From Armatimonadota bacterium (GTDB lineage Bacteria > Sysuimicrobiota > Sysuimicrobiia > Sysuimicrobiales > Humicultoraceae), in assembly GCA_037443365.1 (NCBI GenBank), contig JBBIOM010000004.1:32001-96000 (forward strand): DNA of 64,000 nt, in the 5' to 3' direction. Shown here piece by piece: positions 1 to 9,091 of the stretch; position 1 is the first letter of the stretch; each line of letters begins with the position of its first letter. The notes under the pieces are model-generated. The model ran no database searches and was not told the DNA's origin. It was given only the letters and a program-made list of their open reading frames with translations. The translations under genes were made by a program, and so were the position numbers.

Positions 1-18
1 GCCGCCCCCGCTTCACAG

Positions 19-1545
19 ATGTCCGCCGTAATCGAGCTCACGCAGATCACCAAGCGCTTCCCCGGCGTGCTGGCCAACGACCGCATCTCGCTGGCCGTAT
101 CTCCCGGCGAGATCCACGCTCTCGTGGGTGAAAACGGCGCGGGCAAATCCACCCTCATGAAGATACTCTACGGGCTCTATGAGCCCGACGAGGGATGGAT
201 AGCGATCCGTGGGAACCGTGTGACCCTCGACAGCCCCAGCCGCGCCATCACCGTCGGAATCGGGATGGTGCACCAGCACTTCATGCTCATCCCGCGCTTC
301 ACCGTGGCCGAGAACGTGATTCTGGGATCCGAGCCGGCCCGGGCCGGCCGGTTGTCCATGAGTGAGGCGCGCAGGCGGATCCGTGCTCTCGCCGACCAGT
401 ACGGCCTGGCCGTTGATCCGGACGCGGAGGTCGGCGCCCTGTCGGTGGGAGAGCAGCAGCGCGTGGAGATCATAAAGGTGCTCTACCGGGGCGCCGAGGT
501 GCTAATCCTGGATGAGCCCACCGCGGTGTTGACGCCCCAAGAGGTCGACGACCTCTTCGCCAACCTTCGGCGCCTGCGCGCCGAGGGCAAGACGATCCTG
601 TTCATCAGCCACATCCTGGAGGAGGTTCTGGACATCGCGGATCGCATCTCCGTGCTGCGGCGTGGTCGCGTCGTCGGAACGCTCGAGGCGGCGCGCGCGA
701 CCAAGGCGCAGATCGCCGAGATGATGGTGGGGCGTCCGGTACTGATGGAACTCGATGTGCCCCCGGCCAGACCCGGGCCTGTGCGGCTCGAGGCAGCAGA
801 CCTTGTGGTGCCAGGGTCCCGAGGCAGGATGGCGGTGCGCGGCCTGTCGTTCCAGGTCAGGGAGGGTGAGATCCTGGGCATCGCCGGGATAGAGGGGAAC
901 GGGCAGAGCGAGCTGGTTGAGGCGCTCGTGGGATTGCGGGCCCCGTCGGGGGGACGGCTGCGGATCATGGGCGAGGACATGACTCAGGCAGGGCCGCGCT
1001 CGATCAGGATGATAGGCGTGGCCCACATACCCGAGGACAGGCACCGACGCGGCCTGGTCCTGCCCATGGAGGTGTGGGAGAACCTGATCCTGGGACACCA
1101 CTTCCGGCCGGAGTTCGGGGAAGGGATGCTGCTGGATCGCGGCGCGATCGAGGGCTTCGCACGCGAGCGCGTGGATCGGTTCGATGTGCGCACACCCTCG
1201 CTTCGAACCCTGGCGCTGGCACTCTCAGGGGGCAACCAGCAGAAGGTGATCGTGGCGCGCGAGTTCGGTTTCGCACCGTCTGTGCTGATCGCCGCCCAGC
1301 CCACGCGGGGCCTCGACATAGGCGCCACCGAGTTCGTGCGGCGCCAGATCCTCGCGGCCCGTGAGGCCGGGATGGCCGTGGTCCTGGTCTCGGCGATGCT
1401 GGAGGAGGTGCTCTCGCTGGCCGACCGCGTGGCGGTCATGCACGCGGGGGAGATCGTGGCCGAGTTCGCCCGGGGCGCGGCGACACCGCGCGAGATCGGC
1501 CTCTACATGACCGGCGCCCGGCGCACCCAGGAAGTGCCCGCGTGA
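19..1545 (+). CDS. ABC transporter ATP-binding protein, two-NBD CUT2 type (nucleoside/sugar, YufO/NupO-like)
   Basis: Walker A GENGAGKST, LSVGEQQ/LSGGNQQ signatures, ILDEPT; second NBD degenerate (GIEGNGQSE, AAQPTRGLD). Confidence 0.9.
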   Translation: MSAVIELTQITKRFPGVLANDRISLAVSPGEIHALVGENGAGKSTLMKILYGLYEPDEGWIAIRGNRVTLDSPSRAITVGIGMVHQHFMLIPRFTVAENVILGSEPARAGRLSMSEARRRIRALADQYGLAVDPDAEVGALSVGEQQRVEIIKVLYRGAEVLILDEPTAVLTPQEVDDLFANLRRLRAEGKTILFISHILEEVLDIADRISVLRRGRVVGTLEAARATKAQIAEMMVGRPVLMELDVPPARPGPVRLEAADLVVPGSRGRMAVRGLSFQVREGEILGIAGIEGNGQSELVEALVGLRAPSGGRLRIMGEDMTQAGPRSIRMIGVAHIPEDRHRRGLVLPMEVWENLILGHHFRPEFGEGMLLDRGAIEGFARERVDRFDVRTPSLRTLALALSGGNQQKVIVAREFGFAPSVLIAAQPTRGLDIGATEFVRRQILAAREAGMAVVLVSAMLEEVLSLADRVAVMHAGEIVAEFARGAATPREIGLYMTGARRTQEVPA

Positions 1546-2684
1546 GCGCGCAGGTTCGCCTGGGACTGCTGCAGGCCGCCGCCCCACTGCTGGCGATCGC
1601 GTTTGGCGCGCTGGTCGCCTCGGGGATAATCCTGGCGATCGGCGAAGACCCGCTCGAAGTCTATGCCCTGATGCTGCGATTCAACCTGACCCGGTCTGAC
1701 AGCGTGGCCGCGATCCTCTTCAAGGCGACCGCGCTGACATTCGCGGGCCTGGCCGTGGCCCTCGCGTTTCGCGCCAACCTGTGGAACATCGGGGTGGAGG
1801 GGCAGTACGCGGTGGGAGCGTTCGCGGCGGCGCTGGTGGCGTTTGGGGTTAACGGGCTGCCCGCCTTCATCCATCTTCCCCTGGCGATCCTGGCCGGCGT
1901 GGCGGGAGGGGCGATCTGGGCGCTGCTTCCAATCGTGCTGAAGCTCAGGCGCGGCGCGCACGAGGTCATCACCACGATCATGATGAACCACATTGCCGCG
2001 GCGCTGGTGCTGTACCTGCTCGCCGACGTCTTCCGCGACCCGACGCAGGCGGGCACGCCGCGCGTGCGCACCCCCCTGTTCCTTGACAGCGCCCGGATAC
2101 CTCCGCTGCGGCCGTTGCTACAGCAGTTCGGGATAGGAATTCCTGAGCACTCGGCGCTCAACTGGTTCCTGGTGCTGGCGGTGGTGCTGTGCCTGGCCGC
2201 GGCATATCTGCTTGCGCGCACCCGCTTCGGGTACGAGGTCCGCGCCGTGGCGCTCAACCCGCACGCGGCCGAGGCCGCCGGGGTACGCATCGCGCGCACC
2301 CAGTTCCTGATGTTCCTGGCAAGCGGCGCAACGGCCGGGCTTGTGGGGCTCTCCGACATACTCGGGTTCTTCGGGTACTTCGACATCGACTTCCCGAAGG
2401 GGCTTGGCTTTCTGGGGATCTCCGTGGCACTGCTGGCCAGAAACAACCCGATGGGAGTCGTCCCTGCGGCGCTGCTGCTGGGCTTCCTCGACCGCGGCGC
2501 GCAGGGAGTCCAGGTGTTCGCGGGGGTCCCGCGCGAGGTAATCACGATCCTGCAGGCCGTGATCATCCTGGCGATTGTAGTGGGGTACGAGTTGGTGACG
2601 CGTTACGTCCGCGCGCAGCGCAAGCGCGAGGCGGAGCGTGCGGTGGCCGCGCCGTCCGACGCGGTCATGCAGGAGGGGGGATAG
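1542..2684 (+). CDS. ABC transporter permease (nucleoside-type, YufP/NupP-like)
   Basis: Multi-TM protein with NIGVEGQ and EVITTIMMN motifs; GTGA overlap with the ATPase gene. Confidence 0.85.
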   Translation: MSAQVRLGLLQAAAPLLAIAFGALVASGIILAIGEDPLEVYALMLRFNLTRSDSVAAILFKATALTFAGLAVALAFRANLWNIGVEGQYAVGAFAAALVAFGVNGLPAFIHLPLAILAGVAGGAIWALLPIVLKLRRGAHEVITTIMMNHIAAALVLYLLADVFRDPTQAGTPRVRTPLFLDSARIPPLRPLLQQFGIGIPEHSALNWFLVLAVVLCLAAAYLLARTRFGYEVRAVALNPHAAEAAGVRIARTQFLMFLASGATAGLVGLSDILGFFGYFDIDFPKGLGFLGISVALLARNNPMGVVPAALLLGFLDRGAQGVQVFAGVPREVITILQAVIILAIVVGYELVTRYVRAQRKREAERAVAAPSDAVMQEGG

Positions 2685-2687
2685 GCC

Positions 2688-3668
2688 GTGGAGCTGGTGG
2701 CAGCCCTCTTCAACATGGCGCTGCTGGCGTCCGCGGTCCGGCTGACAGTGCCCATACTGCTCACCGCGATGGGCGCCGTCTACTCTGAGCGCGGCGGCGT
2801 CGTGAACATCGGTCTGGAAGGCATCATGATAATGGGCACGTTCGTAGGTGCCTCGGTAACCCACGTGGTCGCGGTGTCCATCCCGGCGGCCGGGGCAGAG
2901 GCCGGCGCGGCGCAGGCGCTCGCCCCGCTGGCGGGCATGCTGGCGGCAATGGCCGCCGGCGTGGCGTTCTCGCTGATACACGCCGTTGTCGCCGTGACGT
3001 TCAGGGTGGACCAGATCATAAGCGGCGTGGTGCTGAACATGCTCGCGGTCGGGCTGGCGCGGTTCCTGAACATCCTGATCTTCGGCGTGGCCACGCAGTC
3101 GCCCGGCATCAGCGGGTTTGAGCCCGTCAGCGTACCCTTGCTGCGCGAGGTGCCGGCCCTGGCGCCGCTTGCCACCGGCATCTCGCCGGTAATCCCGCTG
3201 GCGCTGGTACTGCTGGTGCTGGGCCAGTGGGTGCTGCTGCGGACCGTCTTTGGGCTGCGCCTGCGATCCGTGGGCGAACACCCTCTGGCCGCGGACACCC
3301 TCGGGATCAACGTGGCGGTGATGCGATACGCGGGGGTGCTGATCAGCGGCGCCCTGGCCGGGCTGGCGGGCGGGTACCTCTCCATCGAACAGGGCCGGGG
3401 CTACCTGGAGGGGATGACCCAGGGGCGTGGCTTCATCGCCCTGGCCGCCATGATCTTCGGCAACTGGTGGCCGCTTGGGGCGCTGGGCGCCTCCGCGCTC
3501 TTCGGGTACTTCGACGCGCTCAGTCTGCGTGTGGTGCACACGGGGGTGCCCTACCAGTTCATCACGGTGCTGCCGCACATCGCCACCATCCTGGTGCTCG
3601 CCGGCTTCATGCGGCGGGCCGTGCCGCCGGCCGCGGACGGAATCCCGTACACCAAGGAAGAGGCGTAG
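2688..3668 (+). CDS. ABC transporter permease (YufQ/NupQ-like)
   Basis: SERGGVVNIGLEG and GRGFIALAAMIFG motifs; multi-TM. Confidence 0.85.
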   Translation: MELVAALFNMALLASAVRLTVPILLTAMGAVYSERGGVVNIGLEGIMIMGTFVGASVTHVVAVSIPAAGAEAGAAQALAPLAGMLAAMAAGVAFSLIHAVVAVTFRVDQIISGVVLNMLAVGLARFLNILIFGVATQSPGISGFEPVSVPLLREVPALAPLATGISPVIPLALVLLVLGQWVLLRTVFGLRLRSVGEHPLAADTLGINVAVMRYAGVLISGALAGLAGGYLSIEQGRGYLEGMTQGRGFIALAAMIFGNWWPLGALGASALFGYFDALSLRVVHTGVPYQFITVLPHIATILVLAGFMRRAVPPAADGIPYTKEEA

Positions 3669-3672
3669 GGGC

Positions 3673-4509
3673 GTGATCCGCATCCGCGCGTACGGCCCCG
3701 TGACCCAGATACGCATGGCCCGGGCCGTGGCCGGGCGGCCGCTCTACTGGACTTGCGCCTACCATGTGGACGGTCTGCTGATCGATACGGGTTGCCGGCG
3801 CACCGCCGGTGAACTGGTCGCCGCCCTCGCCGGATACGAGGTGACGCAGGTTGTCAACACGCACCACCACGAGGATCACGTCGGGGGGAACGCCGCGGTA
3901 GAAGCGCGCTTCGGCATCCGGGCGCGGATTCACCCGCTCGGGACCGAGCGGCTTCGCTACCCTGGGACAGAACTGCCGCTCTATCGGTGGTTTGTGTGGG
4001 GAAGGCCGACCCCGTACGATCCCGCGCCCCTGGGCGAGCGTGTCGCAACCGGGCGGTACGCCTTCCGCGTCATTCATGCGCCCGGTCACAGCGACGACCA
4101 GGTGGTGCTGTTCGAGGAGCGCACGGGCTGGCTGTTTGGCGCCGACGCCTACCTTGGTCAGCGGGTCATGTACCTGCGGCGGGACGAGCGGCTGCATGAG
4201 AGCCTCGAATCGCTGCGCAGGATCGCCGCGCTTCCGATAAGCAGGCTGTTCTGCGGCCTGGGCGCGGTCTGTGACGACGGTCCGGCGGCTCTGCGCGGCA
4301 AGATCGCCTTCTGGGAGGAGATCTGCCAGCGCGCAGGAGAACTGCACGCCGCCGGCAGATCGGCGGGAGAGATTCGCCGCGCCCTTCTGGGGGCTGAGGG
4401 ATTCCTGAACTGGGTCAGCGCCGGGGACTTCGCCAAGCAGCATCTGGTGAACCAGGCGCTCCTGCAGGACTGCGGGGCTTGCCCCGGGGGCAGGGACGCG
4501 CGGGCCTGA
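3673..4509 (+). CDS. Metallo-beta-lactamase fold hydrolase
   Basis: LIDTG, THHHEDH (HxHxDH), PGHS and LFGAD motifs; start moved to GTG 3673, just after the permease stop. Confidence 0.8.
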   Translation: MIRIRAYGPVTQIRMARAVAGRPLYWTCAYHVDGLLIDTGCRRTAGELVAALAGYEVTQVVNTHHHEDHVGGNAAVEARFGIRARIHPLGTERLRYPGTELPLYRWFVWGRPTPYDPAPLGERVATGRYAFRVIHAPGHSDDQVVLFEERTGWLFGADAYLGQRVMYLRRDERLHESLESLRRIAALPISRLFCGLGAVCDDGPAALRGKIAFWEEICQRAGELHAAGRSAGEIRRALLGAEGFLNWVSAGDFAKQHLVNQALLQDCGACPGGRDARA

Positions 4510-4529
4510 GCGGGAACAACACGGGTGTC

Positions 4530-5348
4530 GTGAGAACGCCGACACCGCCGCAGGACCGATCCAGGGCCGCCAGCATCGGCGCCACGCTCCGATCGGCGCG
4601 CGGGGCGCGCGGTATCTCACTGGACGAGCTGCATGCGCGCACGAAGATCAGCGTCGCCCACCTCGCGGCGCTCGAGGAAGGTCGCCTCGACGCGCTACCT
4701 CCGTTGGCGTTCTCGAGGGGCTTCCTTCGCACGGTGGCCCGTGAGCTGGGCGTAGATCCCGAGCCGCTGGTCAGAGACCTTGTCGCGATCATGCCGGCGG
4801 CGGATGCGGAGCCCGCGGAGGCCATGCAGCGCCTGGGGTCGCCCATCGTCCAGGGTACAGCGGCCTCGCCCCTCAGGCGGCGGATCACCTTCCTGGCAAT
4901 CCTGGTAATCCTTGTCCTGACCTCGGCGGTGGCTCTGCTCACGCGCCAGATCTGGGAGTTCGCGCAGCCCGTGCCTGCCAAGGGCCCTCCCTCGGCGACG
5001 GCGACGCCCGAGGCTGCGGTGCCATCGCCGGCTCCACTCCCATCCCAGGTTCCTGCCCCGCGCGAGGAACGGGTGCCACCGGGCGCGCCGCGCACGCGAG
5101 AGGATGTGACGATCGAGGTGCGTGCCTCGGGCCGATCGTGGCTGCTGGTTCGGACCGGGGAAAACCGCCTGTTCGAGGGGTTCATCAGCGCCGGGCAGGT
5201 GATGCGGTGGGTAAGCCCGGCCCAGATAACGCTGCGCGCGGGCAACGCCGGTGCCTTGACCGTGATCGCGAACGGCAACGCGCTAGGGGTCTACGGACGC
5301 CTGGGCGAGGTCGTGGAGCGCACTTTTCGACCAGGCGCAGCGCCTTGA
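4530..5348 (+). CDS. rodZ: RodZ-like protein (HTH, TM, DUF4115-like C-terminus)
   Basis: N-terminal HTH (IGATLRSARGARGISL...LAALEEG), one TM helix, Pro-rich linker, C-terminal RAGNAGAL motif; lies before cinA; start approximate. Confidence 0.75.
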   Translation: MRTPTPPQDRSRAASIGATLRSARGARGISLDELHARTKISVAHLAALEEGRLDALPPLAFSRGFLRTVARELGVDPEPLVRDLVAIMPAADAEPAEAMQRLGSPIVQGTAASPLRRRITFLAILVILVLTSAVALLTRQIWEFAQPVPAKGPPSATATPEAAVPSPAPLPSQVPAPREERVPPGAPRTREDVTIEVRASGRSWLLVRTGENRLFEGFISAGQVMRWVSPAQITLRAGNAGALTVIANGNALGVYGRLGEVVERTFRPGAAP

Positions 5349-5367
5349 GGGGTTCCTGCTGCAAACC

Positions 5368-6606
5368 ATGCGCGCCGAACTGATATCTGTCGGCACCGAA
5401 TTGCTCCTCGGGCAGATCACCGACACAAACGCGGCCTACCTGGCCAGGCTGCTGGCCGCGTGGGGTGTGGATGTGCTCGCGAAGCAGACAGTGGGCGACA
5501 ACCTCAACCGTGTCCGGGAGGCGGTGGAACTCGCGCTGTCGCGCTCGGACCTGGTGATCACGACCGGAGGCCTGGGGCCGACCGAAGACGACTTGACGGG
5601 TGAGGCAGTGGCTCTCGCCGCGGGCCTGCCGCTGGTCCACCACCAGGAGACAGCCGATCGCATCGTCGAGTTCTTCGCCCGGCGGGGCCGGAGGGCCGTG
5701 GACTCGGTCTTCCGGCAGGCCAGAATCCCGTCAGGGGCTCGCGTCGTCCCGAACCGAAGGGGCACGGCGCCCGGGCTCGTTGTCCCGATTGGGCGCCAGG
5801 TGGTCTTCATGTTCCCGGGCGTGCCCGCGGAGATGGAGCAACTGGTCGCTGACGGGCTGGTGCCCTGGCTAACCGAGCACGCCGGAGACCAGGTCATACG
5901 GTCGCGCGTGCTGCGCGTCGTCGGCATGGGTGAGTCGCTGGTCGAGGAACGCGTTCGCGACCTCATCCACGGCGACAACCCGACCGTAGCGCCGCTCGCC
6001 AAGCTGGGTGAGGTTCAACTTCGAATCACGGCCAAGGGACGGCCCGCGGCCGTCGAGGAGATGATAGACCGGGTCGAGGCGTGTCTGCGTGAACGGCTGG
6101 GGGACGCGGTTGTGGGCGCGGACGACGAGACGCTCCCGGGGGCGGCGGCCCGTCTCTTGATCGCGAGCGGGCTCACGCTGGCGGTGGCCGAATCATGCAC
6201 CGCGGGCCTCCTGACCGCGCGCCTGACCGAGACCCCGGGCAGCTCGGCGTTCCTGCTAGCGGGATTCGTCGCCTACAGCAACGAGGCCAAGGTGCGGGAT
6301 CTCGGCGTGCCGCCCGACACGATTGTGGCACACGGCGCGGTCAGCGCCGAGGTTGCCAGGGCGATGGCCCAGGGTGCGCGAGCCCGGACAGGCGCCAGCA
6401 TCGGCGTGGCGATCACCGGAGTTGCCGGCCCTGATGGAGGCACGCCTGCCAAGCCCGTTGGACTGGTGCACCTCGCGCTGGCCACGGAGACCTGCACGCG
6501 CAGCGAGGAGTGGCGGTTCAGCGGCGAGGCCGGGAGGGCCGGGGTGCGCCACCTGGCCGCGCAGGCAGCGCTCAACTTGCTAAGGCTTCACCTGCTTGGG
6601 CGATGA
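5368..6606 (+). CDS. cinA: Competence/damage-inducible protein CinA (MoCF-like domain plus PncC domain)
   Basis: ISVGTELLLGQITDTN, GGLGPTEDD, AVAESCTAG and TGVAGP motifs. Confidence 0.93.
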   Translation: MRAELISVGTELLLGQITDTNAAYLARLLAAWGVDVLAKQTVGDNLNRVREAVELALSRSDLVITTGGLGPTEDDLTGEAVALAAGLPLVHHQETADRIVEFFARRGRRAVDSVFRQARIPSGARVVPNRRGTAPGLVVPIGRQVVFMFPGVPAEMEQLVADGLVPWLTEHAGDQVIRSRVLRVVGMGESLVEERVRDLIHGDNPTVAPLAKLGEVQLRITAKGRPAAVEEMIDRVEACLRERLGDAVVGADDETLPGAAARLLIASGLTLAVAESCTAGLLTARLTETPGSSAFLLAGFVAYSNEAKVRDLGVPPDTIVAHGAVSAEVARAMAQGARARTGASIGVAITGVAGPDGGTPAKPVGLVHLALATETCTRSEEWRFSGEAGRAGVRHLAAQAALNLLRLHLLGR

Positions 6607-7193
6607 CACTTCACCGCACCTTCATCGCGGTCGAGCTTAGCGCCGAGGCCCGGCGCCTGGCGGCGGGGGCCCAGGAGCGGCTGCGCGCTGCCGGGGCCGC
6701 GCTGCGGTGGGTGCGTCCAGAGCTCCTGCACTACACCCTGTGCTTCCTGGGCGAGATACCGGCTGCGCAGGTGGCCCGTGCGGTTGTCGCGACGCGCGCG
6801 GCCGCAGTCGGCGTGGCCCCGTTCTCGGTGACGATCGGGGGCCTGGGCGCGTTTCCCAGCCTGGCCAGACCGCAGGTCGTTTGGCTCGGGTGCACGGAGG
6901 GGGCCATGGCCCTGGAGAACCTGGCTGGCCGGGTAAGGGCCGCGTTGAGCAGGGACCGAATCCCCATGGACTCCAGGCCGTTCCGGCCTCACCTGACACT
7001 GGGCCGCGCGAAGGACGACCGCCAGTGGGGGGACATCGTACGGGCGATCGGCGCGCACCGCGACATCGCCATCGGCCTCGAGTGGATCAGGACGGTCACG
7101 GTGATGGAGAGCCGCCTGACACCCCAGGGTCCGGTCTACACGCCACGGGAGCAGGTTCATCTGGGCCACGGATTGAATTCCAGGGAGGGCTAG
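6603..7193 (+). CDS. thpR: RNA 2',3'-cyclic phosphodiesterase (2H family)
   Basis: Two HxT motifs (LHYTL, PHLTLGR); N-terminal [12 protein letters not shown] overlap with cinA. Confidence 0.88.
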   Translation: MTLHRTFIAVELSAEARRLAAGAQERLRAAGAALRWVRPELLHYTLCFLGEIPAAQVARAVVATRAAAVGVAPFSVTIGGLGAFPSLARPQVVWLGCTEGAMALENLAGRVRAALSRDRIPMDSRPFRPHLTLGRAKDDRQWGDIVRAIGAHRDIAIGLEWIRTVTVMESRLTPQGPVYTPREQVHLGHGLNSREG

Positions 7194-7238
7194 GCACCAA
7201 ATCTGGTACATCGGCACGCCCTGATTGTCTTTGCAGGA

Positions 7239-7267
7239 TTGACAAGCGAACATTTGTTTGGTATTCT
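7239..7267 (+). promoter_or_regulatory. recA sigma70/SigA promoter with a LexA (SOS) box in the spacer
   Basis: TTGACA (7239-7244), 17-bp spacer, TATTCT (7262-7267); CGAACATTTGTTTG at 7247-7260 matches the Gram-positive CGAAC-N4-GTTYG box. Confidence 0.85.
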
Positions 7268-7297
7268 CAAGGCGTCGCGGTCGGGAGGTCGCACGAG

Positions 7298-8398
7298 ATG
7301 ACTGAGCGTCAGCGGGCATTGGACCTGGCCCTCTCCCAGATTGAGAAGCAGTTTGGCAAGGGCTCCATCATGAAGTTGGGCGAGGCCGGCGCGAGACTCC
7401 AGGTCGAGGTCATTCCAACCGGGGCGCTCAGTTTGGACCTGGCCCTGGGCGTCGGCGGGGTTCCAAGGGGGCGCGTGGTCGAGATCTACGGCCCCGAGGC
7501 ATCGGGCAAGACCACGCTCGGCTACCACATCATCGCGGAGGCGCAGCGTGAGGGGGGCGTGGCCGCGTTCATAGACGCCGAGCACGCGCTCGATCCGTCC
7601 TACGCCAAGGCGGTGGGGGTGGACGTGGACAACCTGATCCTCTCGCAGCCCGACAGCGGGGAGCAGGCCCTGGAGATAGCCGAGACCCTCGTGCGCAGCG
7701 GCGCCGTGGACGTCGTGGTCGTGGACTCGGTGGCGGCGCTGGTGCCGCGTGCCGAGCTCGAGGGCGAGATGGGCGACGCGCACGTGGGACTGCAGGCGCG
7801 CCTCATGTCACAGGCCCTGCGCAAGCTGGTCGGCACGATCAGCCGGTCGCGCACGATAGTCGTCTTCATCAACCAGATCCGCGAGAAGATCGGCGTCATG
7901 TTCGGCAACCCGGAGACAACGACGGGCGGCAGGGCGCTCAAGTTCTACTCGTCGGTCCGCATGGAAATCCGCAAGATCGAGAACATCAAGAGCGGGGACG
8001 AGGTCCGGGGGATGCGGGCGCGTGTCAAGGTCGTCAAGAACAAGGTCGCGCCTCCGTTTCGCGATGCGGAGGTGGACATCTACTACGGTCACGGGATCTC
8101 GCGCAGCGCCAGCATTTTGGATGTGGCCACGGCGGTAGGGTTGGTGCAGCGCACCGGGGCCTGGTTCACATACGGCGACCTGCGCCTGGGGCAGGGGCGC
8201 GACAACGCGCGCGAGTTCCTTGACAGCAACGCCGAGGTGGCCAACGAGATAGACCGCCGCGTACGCGAGGCGCGCGGGCTGGTTCGCGGGGGCGAGGCGA
8301 CCGCGGCTCCGACAGCCGACCCTGAGGCCCGTCGAGTGCAGGCCGCGGCGCGCCCCGCTCCACCAGCGCGTCCTGCCACCGCGAAGCCCCGGGGGTAG
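7298..8398 (+). CDS. recA: Recombinase RecA
   Basis: [37 protein letters not shown] and GGRALKFY motifs; GGAGG RBS before ATG 7298. Confidence 0.98.
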   Translation: MTERQRALDLALSQIEKQFGKGSIMKLGEAGARLQVEVIPTGALSLDLALGVGGVPRGRVVEIYGPEASGKTTLGYHIIAEAQREGGVAAFIDAEHALDPSYAKAVGVDVDNLILSQPDSGEQALEIAETLVRSGAVDVVVVDSVAALVPRAELEGEMGDAHVGLQARLMSQALRKLVGTISRSRTIVVFINQIREKIGVMFGNPETTTGGRALKFYSSVRMEIRKIENIKSGDEVRGMRARVKVVKNKVAPPFRDAEVDIYYGHGISRSASILDVATAVGLVQRTGAWFTYGDLRLGQGRDNAREFLDSNAEVANEIDRRVREARGLVRGGEATAAPTADPEARRVQAAARPAPPARPATAKPRG

Positions 8399-8416
8399 GC
8401 GACGGAGTCCGGGCCC

Positions 8417-9091
8417 GTGGATGAGGCCGCGAGCCCGCGCGTATCGCGCGTGCGCACGTGCGCACGCGACGCAGGCATCCGGCAGGTGGAGATCCAGGGT
8501 CTGGGACGGATCCGCATAGACGCCCGAACCGCTGACGCGCTCGGCCTGGTCGAGGGCCGAGTCCTCGCACCAGACGAGGTCACGCGTCTTGTCGAGAGTT
8601 CAGGGCGCCTGAGGGCACGGGAGGTGGCCCTGGGCCTGCTGCGTCGCAGGCTGCGCAGCAGGGCCGAGCTGGAGATCGCGCTGCGGCGCCGCGGTGTGGC
8701 GCGCAAGGAGGCGCTGGCCGTCATCGGAGATCTGGCGCGATCGGGGTGGATAGATGATGCCCGGTTTGCGCGCGCCTGGATCGCCGACCGCATGGCCCTG
8801 CGCCCGGGCGGCGCGCGCAGGCTGAAGGCGGAACTACTGGCGCGCGGCGTGGCGCAGGCGGTGATCGCCGAGGCGCTCGCGGACCGGTTGTCGCCTGAGC
8901 AGGAGGAGGCCCTGGCCACCCGCCAGGCTCAGGAACGTCAGCGACGCCTCCGGGGGCTGCCCCCGCACGTGGCGCAGAGGCGCCTTGCGGCGTGGTTGGG
9001 GCGCCGCGGCTACTCGCCCGGCACCATAGCCAGCGCCCTGCGAAAGGCGGGACGCCCGGACGCGGGCGACCCTGATAGCGATACCCCATGA
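8417..9091 (+). CDS. recX: Regulatory protein RecX
   Basis: Follows recA; RSRAEL, IDDARFA, ELLARGV and LGRRGYS repeat motifs. Confidence 0.85.
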   Translation: MDEAASPRVSRVRTCARDAGIRQVEIQGLGRIRIDARTADALGLVEGRVLAPDEVTRLVESSGRLRAREVALGLLRRRLRSRAELEIALRRRGVARKEALAVIGDLARSGWIDDARFARAWIADRMALRPGGARRLKAELLARGVAQAVIAEALADRLSPEQEEALATRQAQERQRRLRGLPPHVAQRRLAAWLGRRGYSPGTIASALRKAGRPDAGDPDSDTP

